Of a stretch of 64,000 nt of DNA, positions 54,647 to 64,000 are shown one piece after another. The notes beneath the pieces were generated by a model, which did not search any database, had not been told where the DNA came from, and saw nothing but the letters and a program-made list of their open reading frames with translations. Source of the DNA: an uncultured bacterium (GTDB lineage: Bacteria > Margulisbacteria > WOR-1 > CAVSGV01); NCBI GenBank assembly GCA_963768305.1, contig CAVYHE010000006.1, forward strand, positions 10,692 to 74,691, read 5' to 3'. The first letter of the stretch is position 1; every line of letters begins with the position of its first letter. A program made the translations under genes and the position numbers.

Positions 54647-57121
54647 ATGGTGATTTCATTTGTTTCAAGTGTGTCAGCTCAGGATGTGTTCAAGGCGGCG
54701 GGATTCAACGATAAAAATAAAGATGATCTCATCAAGAAGGCTTCTGTTCGGAATTTATGGAGCAACGAGGGATATAACAATTCAGCTGATATTAATGGTG
54801 ACGATCAAATAAATGTCGCTGAATGCAAATCGTATCTGCATAAACATCCGGAGATCCAGTTAAAGGAGAAAAACCTTTCCCGGTTAACACTGCTTGATCA
54901 GAAAAATCTTTTCGACCTGTACAATGAAGCGATCAATAAAATGCTCAATGCTGATAAGAACGTATCAGATGCCGTACATTCCGGGACAAGGAACCTTCAA
55001 AGCGACAAAGCTGAAAGACGGTTGGAAGCATTGGCGTATGATATCGTTGGATCAGGGATCGGCAAGGATTACGCAAAGAGCCTCCTTTCACGGATATTCC
55101 AGGCCCCGGGTTACTATTTAATGTTCGGCGATCCCGGCATAAACCAGGAGTTCGCCTTTCGAATGTCAAGTGAATATGGTTTTTCCGGAACAAAGGAATT
55201 GATGAATTCTTTTCCGTTGCACATTAGGGCCGGTATTATGAACGCCCTGTTAAAGATCTGTGTTGTTGATAGTTATATAAAGGTTGCATTTGAGCCGCCC
55301 GCTGTCACACAAAAGATCCACATCAGCATTGATGAAGCAAAAGCATTATTTGATGAAGCATTTATTATTGCCAAAGGTATACCGACTCAGGAAGAAAAAG
55401 ACGAATTAATCGCAGAAATTGCCGTTAGCAAGGCGAGCCTGAACATGTTCTATGATGCCTTTTCTTTGATCGCTCTTTGCTCGTCAGAATGGACAAGGGA
55501 TCATAGTTTCGAGGTTTGTTCCAGCATCGCGTCACAGCATAAATTATTTGACAAGGCGATCGAGATCGCGCAAATGATCTCTTCAGAAAGTACACGTATG
55601 TATACGATAGGAGAAATAGCAGGGAAGATGACAATGTCAAACATGTTCGATAGGGCACTCAAGATATGCCGTCAATTTCACATTCCGGAAAAAGGAATCA
55701 TTGAGATCGACAGCCGTATCACAAAGGAAAAAATCAATGAATTATCAAAAAAAGGCAATTTTGATGAAGCTTTTAAGCTCGCGTTATCAATTAAGAGCCT
55801 TAAATTCAGAGCACACACCATCCTAAATTTGATAGCGAAGATGCAGGCCTCCAATTCAGACAGGAATAAAATATATTATCTTTGTGATCAAGCTCTTGAT
55901 CTTATCTCGTCCGTGAAAGATGTCGATTCCAGGAACGGGGAGCACGGAGCTTATTGGGAATGGGATGCGAGGGTCTATTTACTCGTAGGTGCGTTTAACT
56001 ATGATTATGGTATGGATTCGATTGACTATGGCATGTTTAACATCATAAAAAAATCCGATATGAATGAAATGCAGTTGAAAAACCTGTTTTTAAAGATACT
56101 CAATGTGATCGATCTCTTGGGCGTTTATGAGGAGGTAGAAGTAAAACGCATAAGTGATGGCGCGAAACTGTCTGTTAACAATGAAGATAAAGAACAATAT
56201 GAAACGGTCTTAAGAGACGCACAGGGGAGCAAAAAAAAATATGCTATTCTTGAACATCTTAAATATGCCGATGACAAGAATGACGTGTTTTTGGATCTTC
56301 TTGATCTTATCGAGAAGAAAAATATTTCCAGGGGCAGCCTGATCGAGATCTATAAAAAGGCCGAGGAAGTTGCAATTCCTCTAGTGGGCTTTGAAGGGCA
56401 TATGCATGATTTTTATTGCCATTCAACCGATTGCGGGAACCTAATACTTGGCAAAATAGCGGAAAAATATGCCGGGATGAAAATGTATGATGACGCGGCA
56501 AGGGCGATCGGTTTCACGGACGGATCATATTCTTTCTCCACGAGAGATAATGCCATAAGAATCACGGTTGACGGCCTGATAATCCAAAAATCCGGAGAAA
56601 AAGCGCTGGAGCTGTTGAAATTGTCCAGCTCGGATGATGAAAAGGTGAATATGTTCTCAAAGCTTCTTAAATCAGGTTCCGGGGTTCTCTCGCTGCAATC
56701 ATTGATCTCGCTTGCAAGATCGATCGATGATCCGATAAAAAGATTAAAACTGTTAATTAAGATCTCTCATTTGGCGCCAAATAAGCGTTTGGATGAAAAG
56801 ATATGCATGGAAATGATAGTGAAAAGCATCAATTTCAACGAAGATTCAGATCCTGATCTTGGGCAAAATGCGGAAATTCTGCCCGTCATCTCGTCCATGA
56901 TAAAAGAATTTCATTTAAGTCAAGATTCCATGAGAACGGCATTCACTCTTCTTATTGCTAAGGCAAAACTGATCGAACTTCAATATGACAGGGAAAAGGT
57001 ATTTTCGGGCATAGCTGATGAGATGCTGAAATCAGGGTTCAAAAAAGACGAAATAGTCCAGCTCTTTCAGGAGCTCAATTTAAGGAAACCCCCGCAGTTC
57101 AGGACGCTCTATTTTTGGTAG
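54647..57121 (+). CDS. 824-aa hypothetical protein: N-terminal EF-hand/dockerin-like loop plus degenerate helical (TPR/HEAT-like) repeats
   Basis: AGGAGGA SD. DINGDDQINVAE looks like a Ca-binding loop. A recurring motif of the form FD[EKR]A[LFI]x[ILM][AC]... followed by IA recurs about every 35-45 aa. No family recognised. Confidence 0.6.
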   Translation: MVISFVSSVSAQDVFKAAGFNDKNKDDLIKKASVRNLWSNEGYNNSADINGDDQINVAECKSYLHKHPEIQLKEKNLSRLTLLDQKNLFDLYNEAINKMLNADKNVSDAVHSGTRNLQSDKAERRLEALAYDIVGSGIGKDYAKSLLSRIFQAPGYYLMFGDPGINQEFAFRMSSEYGFSGTKELMNSFPLHIRAGIMNALLKICVVDSYIKVAFEPPAVTQKIHISIDEAKALFDEAFIIAKGIPTQEEKDELIAEIAVSKASLNMFYDAFSLIALCSSEWTRDHSFEVCSSIASQHKLFDKAIEIAQMISSESTRMYTIGEIAGKMTMSNMFDRALKICRQFHIPEKGIIEIDSRITKEKINELSKKGNFDEAFKLALSIKSLKFRAHTILNLIAKMQASNSDRNKIYYLCDQALDLISSVKDVDSRNGEHGAYWEWDARVYLLVGAFNYDYGMDSIDYGMFNIIKKSDMNEMQLKNLFLKILNVIDLLGVYEEVEVKRISDGAKLSVNNEDKEQYETVLRDAQGSKKKYAILEHLKYADDKNDVFLDLLDLIEKKNISRGSLIEIYKKAEEVAIPLVGFEGHMHDFYCHSTDCGNLILGKIAEKYAGMKMYDDAARAIGFTDGSYSFSTRDNAIRITVDGLIIQKSGEKALELLKLSSSDDEKVNMFSKLLKSGSGVLSLQSLISLARSIDDPIKRLKLLIKISHLAPNKRLDEKICMEMIVKSINFNEDSDPDLGQNAEILPVISSMIKEFHLSQDSMRTAFTLLIAKAKLIELQYDREKVFSGIADEMLKSGFKKDEIVQLFQELNLRKPPQFRTLYFW

Positions 57122-57351
57122 ATCTGTAACTGACCAGGAAGTATCGCGGAGGACGCGGTTTACATGGTGGAAGCGCGGATGCTGAAGCACAATGACGATT
57201 GTCAGTTACTTCGCCTTTTTCGATTTTTCAAAAACGATGTTATTTTCCTTGAGGGTTGCTTCTATCGTGTCGCCTTCCTTGAAAGTGCCTTTCAGCATGT
57301 TGTAAACTGCACCGATTTGATTTAAATCTTTAAATGTTATAAAGTTATCAT

Positions 57352-58038
57352 ATGCCTGACATTCTCATTATCGATGACGAAAAGGACATTGTTGAATCAA
57401 TAGAGTATAACCTCAAAAAAGATGGTTTTTCCACTCACAAGAGCTTTGACGGACTCAACGGCTTAAAACTTGCGAAAGAAATCATCCCGGATCTTATACT
57501 CCTTGACCTCATGCTTCCCGGAATGAGCGGAATAGAGGTCTGCAAGGCGTTGAAGAAGAACGACGCTACCTCGAAGGTCCCGGTGATAATGCTCACGGCG
57601 AAAAAACAGGAGATCGATAAGGTTGTCGGCCTTGAAGTCGGCGCTGACGATTATATTTCCAAGCCGTTCAGCATGAAAGAGCTTATTGCAAGGATAAAGG
57701 CAGTGCTTAGAAGGTACGGCATTTCAGCAAAAGGGGAGAAACAGAGATCCCAGATAATATTCGCCGACTTGAAGATCGATCTGGAACGCCATGAGGTAAC
57801 AGTTAAAGGAAAGTCCATCGATCTTTCTGCCAAAGAATTCAAACTTTTGGAGTTCCTTGCATCTAACAAAGAAAAAGTATTTTCCAGGGAAAGGCTGCTT
57901 GATGACGTATGGGGCATACAGGCCGAAGTGGAGACCCGCACCGTGGATGTCCACATAAGAAGGCTGCGCGAAAAGCTCGGAAAAGCCGGCGACCACATCC
58001 AGACAGTCATCGGCTTCGGATATAAATTCAAGGAATAG
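57352..58038 (+). CDS. phoB: OmpR/PhoB-family response regulator
   Basis: Receiver domain (DDE...D in LILLDLMLPG, T in MLTA, K in SKPF) plus a winged-helix output domain. Adjacent to phoR and pst. Confidence 0.85.
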   Translation: MPDILIIDDEKDIVESIEYNLKKDGFSTHKSFDGLNGLKLAKEIIPDLILLDLMLPGMSGIEVCKALKKNDATSKVPVIMLTAKKQEIDKVVGLEVGADDYISKPFSMKELIARIKAVLRRYGISAKGEKQRSQIIFADLKIDLERHEVTVKGKSIDLSAKEFKLLEFLASNKEKVFSRERLLDDVWGIQAEVETRTVDVHIRRLREKLGKAGDHIQTVIGFGYKFKE

Positions 58039-59370
58039 ATGGAAGAAAATATATACTGGAAAATATTCTTTTCCAATGTCGCGGTCCTGGTCATTGGGAT
58101 AATAATCCTTGTCCTTGCACATTTCTCAATCCTCAGCTTTACTATTATCCTGATAATGCTTTTCGTTTTCTCGACCGCACTCACTTCGTTCTTTATACAT
58201 AATATCGACCGGCTTTCGGATGCTATCTTCGATATTTCAAAGGGCGAATACAAAACATCTTTTCAAAAAAGGTCCAATTCTGAATTCAGGCGGATCGAGG
58301 ACGCTATAAGCGAGCTTCAGGAGCGGCTTTCATACACGATTGGGGAGCTTTCGGGATCACAGAATAAGCTGAAAGCCATATTATCATCGATGACAGAAGG
58401 CGTTGTGGCCGTTGATAGCAAAGAAAATATCATTCTTTTCAACAGCGCGGCGGAAAACTTCCTTGCTTTGAAGGAAAAGGATGTCATGGGCCGGAATTTC
58501 ATCGAAAGGATCAGGCAGCCAGAGATCGTTGAAGCATTAAGGTCTGCCATATCAGGCGAAACGGCGCTTGAAAGACAGGCCATGATCCTGTCGCCCAAAA
58601 AAAGGACACTGCTTGTTGCCGTGAACCGCATGGAGGGCGGAGGCGCCGTGGCCGTTCTGAATGACATTACCAGGATGAAGCAGCTGGAGGAATTAAGGAG
58701 CGAATTCACCGCGAACGTGTCGCATGAACTTAAAACCCCGCTTACCGCGATCAAGGCATCAGCTGAAACACTTCTTGAAGGAGCAATTGATGATAAAGAG
58801 AATAATATCAATTTCGTTAAACAGATCAGCCGGCATGCTGAAAGATTATCTTTTTTGATCGATGACATACTCGAGCTTTCCAGCCTTGAAGGAAAAAAAC
58901 GGCCGGATAATGCGAGAGCCGTCGAGATCATTGGCGTTATTGATCAGGCCATTGAGGAGCTTTCTTCAAAGATACATCAAAAGAAGATATCAACATCAGT
59001 GGAGCTTCATCCCGGTTCATCAACAGTCATTTGCGATCAGGATCAGATATTGAGGGTATTTATCAACCTGCTAGATAACGCCGTAAAATATAATGATCCC
59101 GGAGGGTCCGTAAAGATCACTTCCTCGGATGAAGGCGATCTTACGCGGTTCAGCGTGGAAGACACCGGGATCGGCATAGAAGAAAAACACCTGCCGAGAA
59201 TATTTGAAAGATTTTACACCGTTGACAGGGCGAGGTCCCGCGAAATGGGCGGAACCGGCCTCGGGCTGGCAATAGCAAAACATATTGTCGAGCTTAACGG
59301 CGGGCGGATCTCAGTCTCAAGCCGGCCCGGAAAAGGCTCCGTTTTCAGTTTCACGCTTAAAAAAGCATAG
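58039..59370 (+). CDS. phoR: PAS-domain sensor histidine kinase (PhoR-like)
   Basis: Two TM helices, a PAS domain, the H-box FTANVSHELKTPLTAI, and N/G boxes (DNAVKYN, DTGIGI, GGTGLGLAI). Confidence 0.85.
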   Translation: MEENIYWKIFFSNVAVLVIGIIILVLAHFSILSFTIILIMLFVFSTALTSFFIHNIDRLSDAIFDISKGEYKTSFQKRSNSEFRRIEDAISELQERLSYTIGELSGSQNKLKAILSSMTEGVVAVDSKENIILFNSAAENFLALKEKDVMGRNFIERIRQPEIVEALRSAISGETALERQAMILSPKKRTLLVAVNRMEGGGAVAVLNDITRMKQLEELRSEFTANVSHELKTPLTAIKASAETLLEGAIDDKENNINFVKQISRHAERLSFLIDDILELSSLEGKKRPDNARAVEIIGVIDQAIEELSSKIHQKKISTSVELHPGSSTVICDQDQILRVFINLLDNAVKYNDPGGSVKITSSDEGDLTRFSVEDTGIGIEEKHLPRIFERFYTVDRARSREMGGTGLGLAIAKHIVELNGGRISVSSRPGKGSVFSFTLKKA

Positions 59371-59378
59371 CCGAAAAG

Positions 59379-59417
59379 TTTACATCTTCGTAACATCCCC
59401 GACATAATCCTGTAATC
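59379..59417 (+). promoter_or_regulatory. candidate Pho boxes upstream of the porin gene
   Basis: Hexamers with an 11-bp period: TTTACA (59379), GTAACA (59390), then degenerate GACATA (59401) and GTAATC (59412). Confidence 0.35.
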
Positions 59418-59541
59418 GCCTTCATTCATAATTGCCCGCGAAATGATGATCCTGTCATTCAATGGAGAGAACAAGGAGGTGGTTGTTTATTTATTTCGTT
59501 CCCGGTTTTGAGACTGAAATGAGATCAAAGGAGGGGTGTAA

Positions 59542-60639
59542 ATGAAAAAGTATCTTTTATGTTTTATGTTCGTGTTCGGTTTCATGTTATTTTCTTCGGG
59601 AGTTTTCGCGGCTGCGACAGAAAGCCCATTTTCCGGCTATGTGTGGTTCAGGGAAACGGGCAATAACAAGGTGTTCGATGACGGCCAGACGAATACTTCA
59701 AAACTGTCCGTCGACAGAGCGTATATGACATGGAAACTTAATTACGAGGATAACCTAGCGGGCAATATTACTTTGGACCTTCCTATGAAAGCGGGCACAA
59801 ACGCAAAAAACAATGATTGGACAACTTTTGTTAAATACGCGTATGTGGACGTGAAGAACGTTCTTCCGGAGGACGGATTTGTCAGGATCGGCCAGCAACC
59901 TGTGTATTTTGCCATGATAGACAAGTGGCAATACCAGTTCATTTATAAGAACCTTGAAGACAACCTCGGGCTTCTTTCAAGCGCCGACCTTGGTGTTTCA
60001 CTTCAGGGAACACTTTTCGGCGGACTGGCGGATTATCAGGTGGCCGGTTACGGTGGTAACGGTTATGCTCAGCCAACGGAAACCGATAACAATGTTGCCA
60101 CTGACATAAGCATGGCGGTTTATCCGATCCCCGGATTATCGATAAGAGGATCATTGTATAACTCAACTGTCAGCTCGGGGGATGCTTACGCCAGCAACGG
60201 CATTTCTGCAGGAAAATGGTATAACGGCTTGGCAGCCAATTATTACTGGGGGCCGCTCTGGTTCATGTGGGAAGGCGTTGAAGGCATGAAGCCTAACTCA
60301 GTTGACAGCGACAGCTTCAAGGTTTCGGGAAATTCAAAATTGGTCATGTGGACCATAAATGACAGATGGGATGTGGGAGTAAGGGAAGACATCTTCGACC
60401 CGGATGTTAATAATGACAGCGCGGCCGGGACAGACAATACTTCCAATTCCAAGCAGGACTTGATGATATACGGCGTGAACTATCATTGGGCGAACGATCT
60501 GCTCTTGCAGCTTAATACTTCCAAGTTGGTTTATGACGGCGGCAACCAGAATGCCGGGGCAAATCCATACAGCCCGAGCCCAAGCACTGCAAGATATACC
60601 CAGTATGAAACCATAATGCAGGTAAAGTGGTCGTATTAA
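59542..60639 (+). CDS. outer-membrane porin (phosphate-selective OprO/P-like by context)
   Basis: Signal peptide MKKYLLCFMFVFGFMLFSSGVFA, beta-rich sequence, and C-terminal MQVKWSY aromatic end. Located between phoR and pstS. Confidence 0.7.
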   Translation: MKKYLLCFMFVFGFMLFSSGVFAAATESPFSGYVWFRETGNNKVFDDGQTNTSKLSVDRAYMTWKLNYEDNLAGNITLDLPMKAGTNAKNNDWTTFVKYAYVDVKNVLPEDGFVRIGQQPVYFAMIDKWQYQFIYKNLEDNLGLLSSADLGVSLQGTLFGGLADYQVAGYGGNGYAQPTETDNNVATDISMAVYPIPGLSIRGSLYNSTVSSGDAYASNGISAGKWYNGLAANYYWGPLWFMWEGVEGMKPNSVDSDSFKVSGNSKLVMWTINDRWDVGVREDIFDPDVNNDSAAGTDNTSNSKQDLMIYGVNYHWANDLLLQLNTSKLVYDGGNQNAGANPYSPSPSTARYTQYETIMQVKWSY

Positions 60640-60695
60640 TTAACAGGCTTGTTACACGGATTTAACCGTCCTGTAACATCTTTGGTCGATAATAT
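60640..60695 (+). promoter_or_regulatory. pstS promoter: four phased Pho-box hexamers plus a -10 element
   Basis: TTAACA (60640), GTTACA (60651), TTAACC (60662) and GTAACA (60673) are spaced exactly 11 bp apart. GATAAT/TAATAT at 60688-60695 lies about 10 bp downstream. Confidence 0.55.
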
Positions 60696-60719
60696 AGTAG
60701 AGAAAAAGGAGGAAAAAAA

Positions 60720-61595
60720 ATGAAAAGATCAATAATAGCAATTCTGGCTCTGGTTCTGCTTTGTTCTTCGGCATTTGCCGGAGTGATACAGATAAAAGGC
60801 TCCGACACCGAATTGAACGCGGTGCAGGCCATGGCCGAAGCATACATGAACAAGGACGCGTCCACTTCCATAGCGGTGACGGGCGGCGGCTCCGGCGCGG
60901 GGTTCGCGGCCCTTATCAACGGCAAGGCTGACATGGCTATAGCTTCCAGGGCCATATTGCCGGCGGAAGTTTCCCAGTGCCGCGCGAGAGGTATAGACCC
61001 GAATTACATAGTGTTCGGGATAGACGGCCTCTCGGTCATCGTCAATAAAGCGAATGGCGTCAAGACGCTTACGATGGACCAGGTGGCGAAGATATATAAA
61101 GGGGACATAACGAACTGGAAAGAAGTTGGCGGCGCCGATATGCCGATATCCCTTTACGGCAGGCAGTCAAGCTCAGGGACTTTCGTGTATTTCCGCAAAA
61201 ATGTCCTGCAAGGCGAATATTCCACAAAGATGAACAGGATGAGCGGGAACGCCGAGATAGTTGAAGGCGTCAAAGCTGATCGTTCCGGGATAGGTTATGT
61301 GGGCGTTGGCTATACACAAAAGGACGGGAATGTCATAGACGGCATCTCTGTCCTGAGCATCGCCGCGAAAGACGGCATGCCTGCGGTATCGCCGCTGGTT
61401 GAAGCGGATGTATTGAGCGGCAAATATCCGATAGCAAGGCCGCTGTACCATTATTTCAACGGTAAACCCAATGATACCTTAAGAGCTTTCCTGAACTTCG
61501 AGCTTTCAAGCGATGGACAGGCGCTCCTTAAGGCCCAGGGTTTCTACCCGATAACGCCGAATTATGTAGAGGTGAACCAGGCCAACCTTAAATAA
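60720..61595 (+). CDS. pstS: phosphate ABC transporter substrate-binding protein
   Basis: Signal peptide, then IKGSDTELNAVQAMAEAY and VTGGGSGAGFAALINGKADMAIASR. Confidence 0.9.
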   Translation: MKRSIIAILALVLLCSSAFAGVIQIKGSDTELNAVQAMAEAYMNKDASTSIAVTGGGSGAGFAALINGKADMAIASRAILPAEVSQCRARGIDPNYIVFGIDGLSVIVNKANGVKTLTMDQVAKIYKGDITNWKEVGGADMPISLYGRQSSSGTFVYFRKNVLQGEYSTKMNRMSGNAEIVEGVKADRSGIGYVGVGYTQKDGNVIDGISVLSIAAKDGMPAVSPLVEADVLSGKYPIARPLYHYFNGKPNDTLRAFLNFELSSDGQALLKAQGFYPITPNYVEVNQANLK

Positions 61596-61676
61596 AGGTT
61601 GGATGTTTTCTTCATAGGCTGAGAGCTGCTTCGGTGCATCGGAGCGGCTCTTGGCTTATGTGTTTGACGGAGGAAA

Positions 61677-62564
61677 ATGAAAAAAAGATCTACTACCAAT
61701 ATTCTTGAACGTGCGGTCGAATTACTTTTCTTCGTGAGCGCAATGCTCTCGGTAGTCGTTCTAGCTGGGATCTTCATTCTTTTGATCATAAGCGCGGTTC
61801 CGGCTTTCAAGGAAATATCTTTATTTGATTTTTTCAGGACCGTAATATGGAATCCCGACGGGTATGATACATCATCATACGGGATCATCGCGATGTTCGT
61901 AAGCACGGTAATGGTCACTGCCGGCGCTCTTTTGTTCGCCGTTCCGATAGGGATATTCACTGCTGCGTACATGGCGGAGATCGCCGGCCCGAAGGAAAGG
62001 GAGATCATAAAGCCCGTTATCGAGATCCTTGCGGGCATTCCTTCCGTAGTTGTCGGCTTTCTTGGTATCGTCGTTGTATCGCCTCTTATCGCGAAAGTAT
62101 TTCATCTCTCGAACGGCTTGAATGCCTTGAACGGCTCCGTTCTTCTCGGGATCATGGCTTTGCCTACCATCATAAGCATTTCTGAAGATTCGATAACCAT
62201 GGTGCCGAACCATTACAAAGAAGGGTCTTACGCACTTGGGGCTAACAAATGGCAGACACTTTTCTTTGTGACTATTCCTGCCGCTTCGTCGGGGATAATG
62301 GCTTCCATAATGCTCGGGATGGGGAGGGCGATAGGCGAGACGATGACAGTGCTCATGGCCACTGGCAACGCGTCAGCGATGCCCACTTCATTCTTTGATT
62401 CTGTAAGGACAATGACCGCGACCATCGCGATAGAACTGGGAGAGGTTCCTTATAACACCACTCATTATTACGCTCTCTTCGCCGTGGGTTTTTATATTTT
62501 CGTGATAACTTTTATCGTGAACCTTGCTGCGGACCATTTCTCACATAAAGCGGGGAAATACTGA
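61677..62564 (+). CDS. pstC: phosphate ABC transporter permease PstC
   Basis: Six TM helices and an EAA-like loop YKEGSYALGANKWQTLFFVTIP. Confidence 0.9.
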   Translation: MKKRSTTNILERAVELLFFVSAMLSVVVLAGIFILLIISAVPAFKEISLFDFFRTVIWNPDGYDTSSYGIIAMFVSTVMVTAGALLFAVPIGIFTAAYMAEIAGPKEREIIKPVIEILAGIPSVVVGFLGIVVVSPLIAKVFHLSNGLNALNGSVLLGIMALPTIISISEDSITMVPNHYKEGSYALGANKWQTLFFVTIPAASSGIMASIMLGMGRAIGETMTVLMATGNASAMPTSFFDSVRTMTATIAIELGEVPYNTTHYYALFAVGFYIFVITFIVNLAADHFSHKAGKY

Positions 62565-62565
62565 T

Positions 62566-63429
62566 ATGGCGACATCGTCCAAACTTAAAAAATATGAAGG
62601 CATCATAGGCTGGCTGATGATGCTGCCGGTCTTCTTCGTGATATTCATTATCGCGTGGATAGTTATCGATATATTTATTAAAGGCATAGGCGTCATTTCT
62701 TTTCAATTCCTTTTCACGGCTCCGCGCGACGGAATGACAAAAGGCGGGATATTCCCGTGCATCGTCGGAACTTTTTACGTGACGATGATCACGGCGCTGT
62801 TCTCAATACCATTTGGAGTGTTCGCCGCGATATATCTCAACGAATACGCAAAAGACACAAAGCTCAACCGTTTTATCAGGCTGGCGATAAGGAACCTTTC
62901 GGGCGTGCCTTCGATAGTTTACGGGCTTTTCGGCGTCGCGCTTTTTGTCGATACGATGAAATTCGGAACTTCCGTGCTTTCTTCCGGCCTGACACTGGGA
63001 CTTCTTACTCTTCCGTGGACGATAACAGCCAGCGAAGAAGCTCTTAAGGCGGTCCCGGACGCGTACAGAGCCGGCTCGCTCGCTCTTGGCGCCACAAAAT
63101 GGCAGATGATAAGGACTTCGGTCCTTCCTTACGCGGTGCCCGGCATAATGACCGGGGCGATACTTGGGCTTTCCAGGGCGGCAGGGGAGACCGCGCCGCT
63201 TCTTTTCACGGGAGTCGCTTTTTATCTTCCGAAGCTGCCGCATTCGATATTCGAACAATTCATGGCGCTCCCTTACCATCTTTTCGTGATGTCCACCCAG
63301 CACCACGACATAATCGGCGTAAGGCCGCTGGCGTACGGAACTGCCGCGGTGCTTCTGGTCTTTGTCCTGATGTTCAATTCCGCGGCGATATATATCCGAT
63401 ATAAATTCAGGCTGATAAGGAAGATATAA
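62566..63429 (+). CDS. pstA: phosphate ABC transporter permease PstA
   Basis: The in-frame ATG at 62566 lies directly after the pstC stop. [22 protein letters not shown] loop. Confidence 0.9.
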   Translation: MATSSKLKKYEGIIGWLMMLPVFFVIFIIAWIVIDIFIKGIGVISFQFLFTAPRDGMTKGGIFPCIVGTFYVTMITALFSIPFGVFAAIYLNEYAKDTKLNRFIRLAIRNLSGVPSIVYGLFGVALFVDTMKFGTSVLSSGLTLGLLTLPWTITASEEALKAVPDAYRAGSLALGATKWQMIRTSVLPYAVPGIMTGAILGLSRAAGETAPLLFTGVAFYLPKLPHSIFEQFMALPYHLFVMSTQHHDIIGVRPLAYGTAAVLLVFVLMFNSAAIYIRYKFRLIRKI

Positions 63430-63430
63430 C

Positions 63431-64000
63431 ATGCAGGATGATATAGTTATAAAAGTGAAAGATTTCAGTTTTTATTACGGCGACGAGAAGGCTCTGAACA
63501 GGATCAATATGGAGATCAAGAAGAACCATGTGACCGCATTGATCGGCCCATCGGGATGCGGAAAATCCACATTCCTTCGGTCGCTCAACAGGATGAACGA
63601 CATAATAAAGAACACTCGCATAGAAGGAAGCATCCATATCGATGGGAATGATATTTATTCCTCGGAGGTCGATGTGACGGCATTGCGCAGGAAGGTCGGC
63701 ATGGTCTTTCAGAAATCGAATCCATTCCCAAAATCCATATTCGACAATGTCGCTTACGGGATAAGGGTCAATAAAATAACATCGAATAAGGATGAGATCG
63801 AGAACATCGTTGCGGAAAGCCTCAAGGCTGCGGCCATTTGGGATGAAGTGAAGGACAAACTTGATAAGAACGCCCTTGACCTCTCTGGCGGCCAGCAGCA
63901 GAGATTATGCATCGCCAGGGCGCTTGCGATAAAGCCGGAAATAATCCTTATGGATGAGCCTGCATCCGCGCTCGATCCTATCTCGACCGCGAAGATCGAA
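63431..64000 (+). CDS. pstB: phosphate ABC transporter ATP-binding protein PstB, first 190 codons (runs off the window)
   Basis: Not in the track (no stop in the window). [22 protein letters not shown], Walker [24 protein letters not shown] and [11 protein letters not shown]. Confidence 0.9.
   Translation, partial: MQDDIVIKVKDFSFYYGDEKALNRINMEIKKNHVTALIGPSGCGKSTFLRSLNRMNDIIKNTRIEGSIHIDGNDIYSSEVDVTALRRKVGMVFQKSNPFPKSIFDNVAYGIRVNKITSNKDEIENIVAESLKAAAIWDEVKDKLDKNALDLSGGQQQRLCIARALAIKPEIILMDEPASALDPISTAKIE

Noticed and set aside
57207-57299. A minus-strand mini-ORF, MLKGTFKEGDTIEATLKENNIVFEKSKKAK, resembling the extreme C-terminus of ClpB/ClpC-type ATPases. It is flanked by a 9-bp inverted repeat (57126-34 and 57201-09).
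   Set aside because: Only about 30 aa with no upstream coding continuity (stop after about 52 codons). Too short to call a gene remnant with any confidence, so it is noted only as a possible relic.

Overview
This 64-kb window comes from a diderm bacterium; the taxon cannot be called from sequence alone. GC looks intermediate, with a visibly AT-richer stretch at about 32.4-40.2 kb. Most of the window is housekeeping: two ABC-2 exporters flanking typA, ddl-ftsQ-ftsZ, a wecA-like gene plus wecB, a complete F1Fo ATP synthase operon, murA-ybeY-dgkA-corC-like-pyrG, and a Pho regulon block (phoBR, porin, pstSCAB).

Four things stand out:
1. A 13.2-kb autotransporter-type giant gene (13.9-27.1 kb) carries about 55 tandem 48-50-aa repeats, two PATR blocks and a C-terminal beta-barrel.
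2. A 5,533-bp AT-rich element carrying a large serine recombinase splits a tRNA-Glu(CUC) gene. The 5' 67 nt lie at 34577-34643, and the missing 3' acceptor strand, discriminator and CCA lie at 40177-40184.
3. A translationally coupled glycan-modification operon runs from 27.9 to 34.5 kb: split transketolase, an epimerase-GT2 fusion, a methyltransferase and a GT-C-like membrane protein.
4. A 70-nt three-way-junction/pseudoknot RNA element sits between a stranded Shine-Dalgarno sequence and the atpF start codon.

Major caveat: at least a dozen conserved genes or gene segments, including murA and pyrG, are broken by single extra bases (+1 frame each). This looks like insertion-biased consensus error rather than biology, so every pseudogene call here is provisional. 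No rRNA, CRISPR array or IS transposase was seen.
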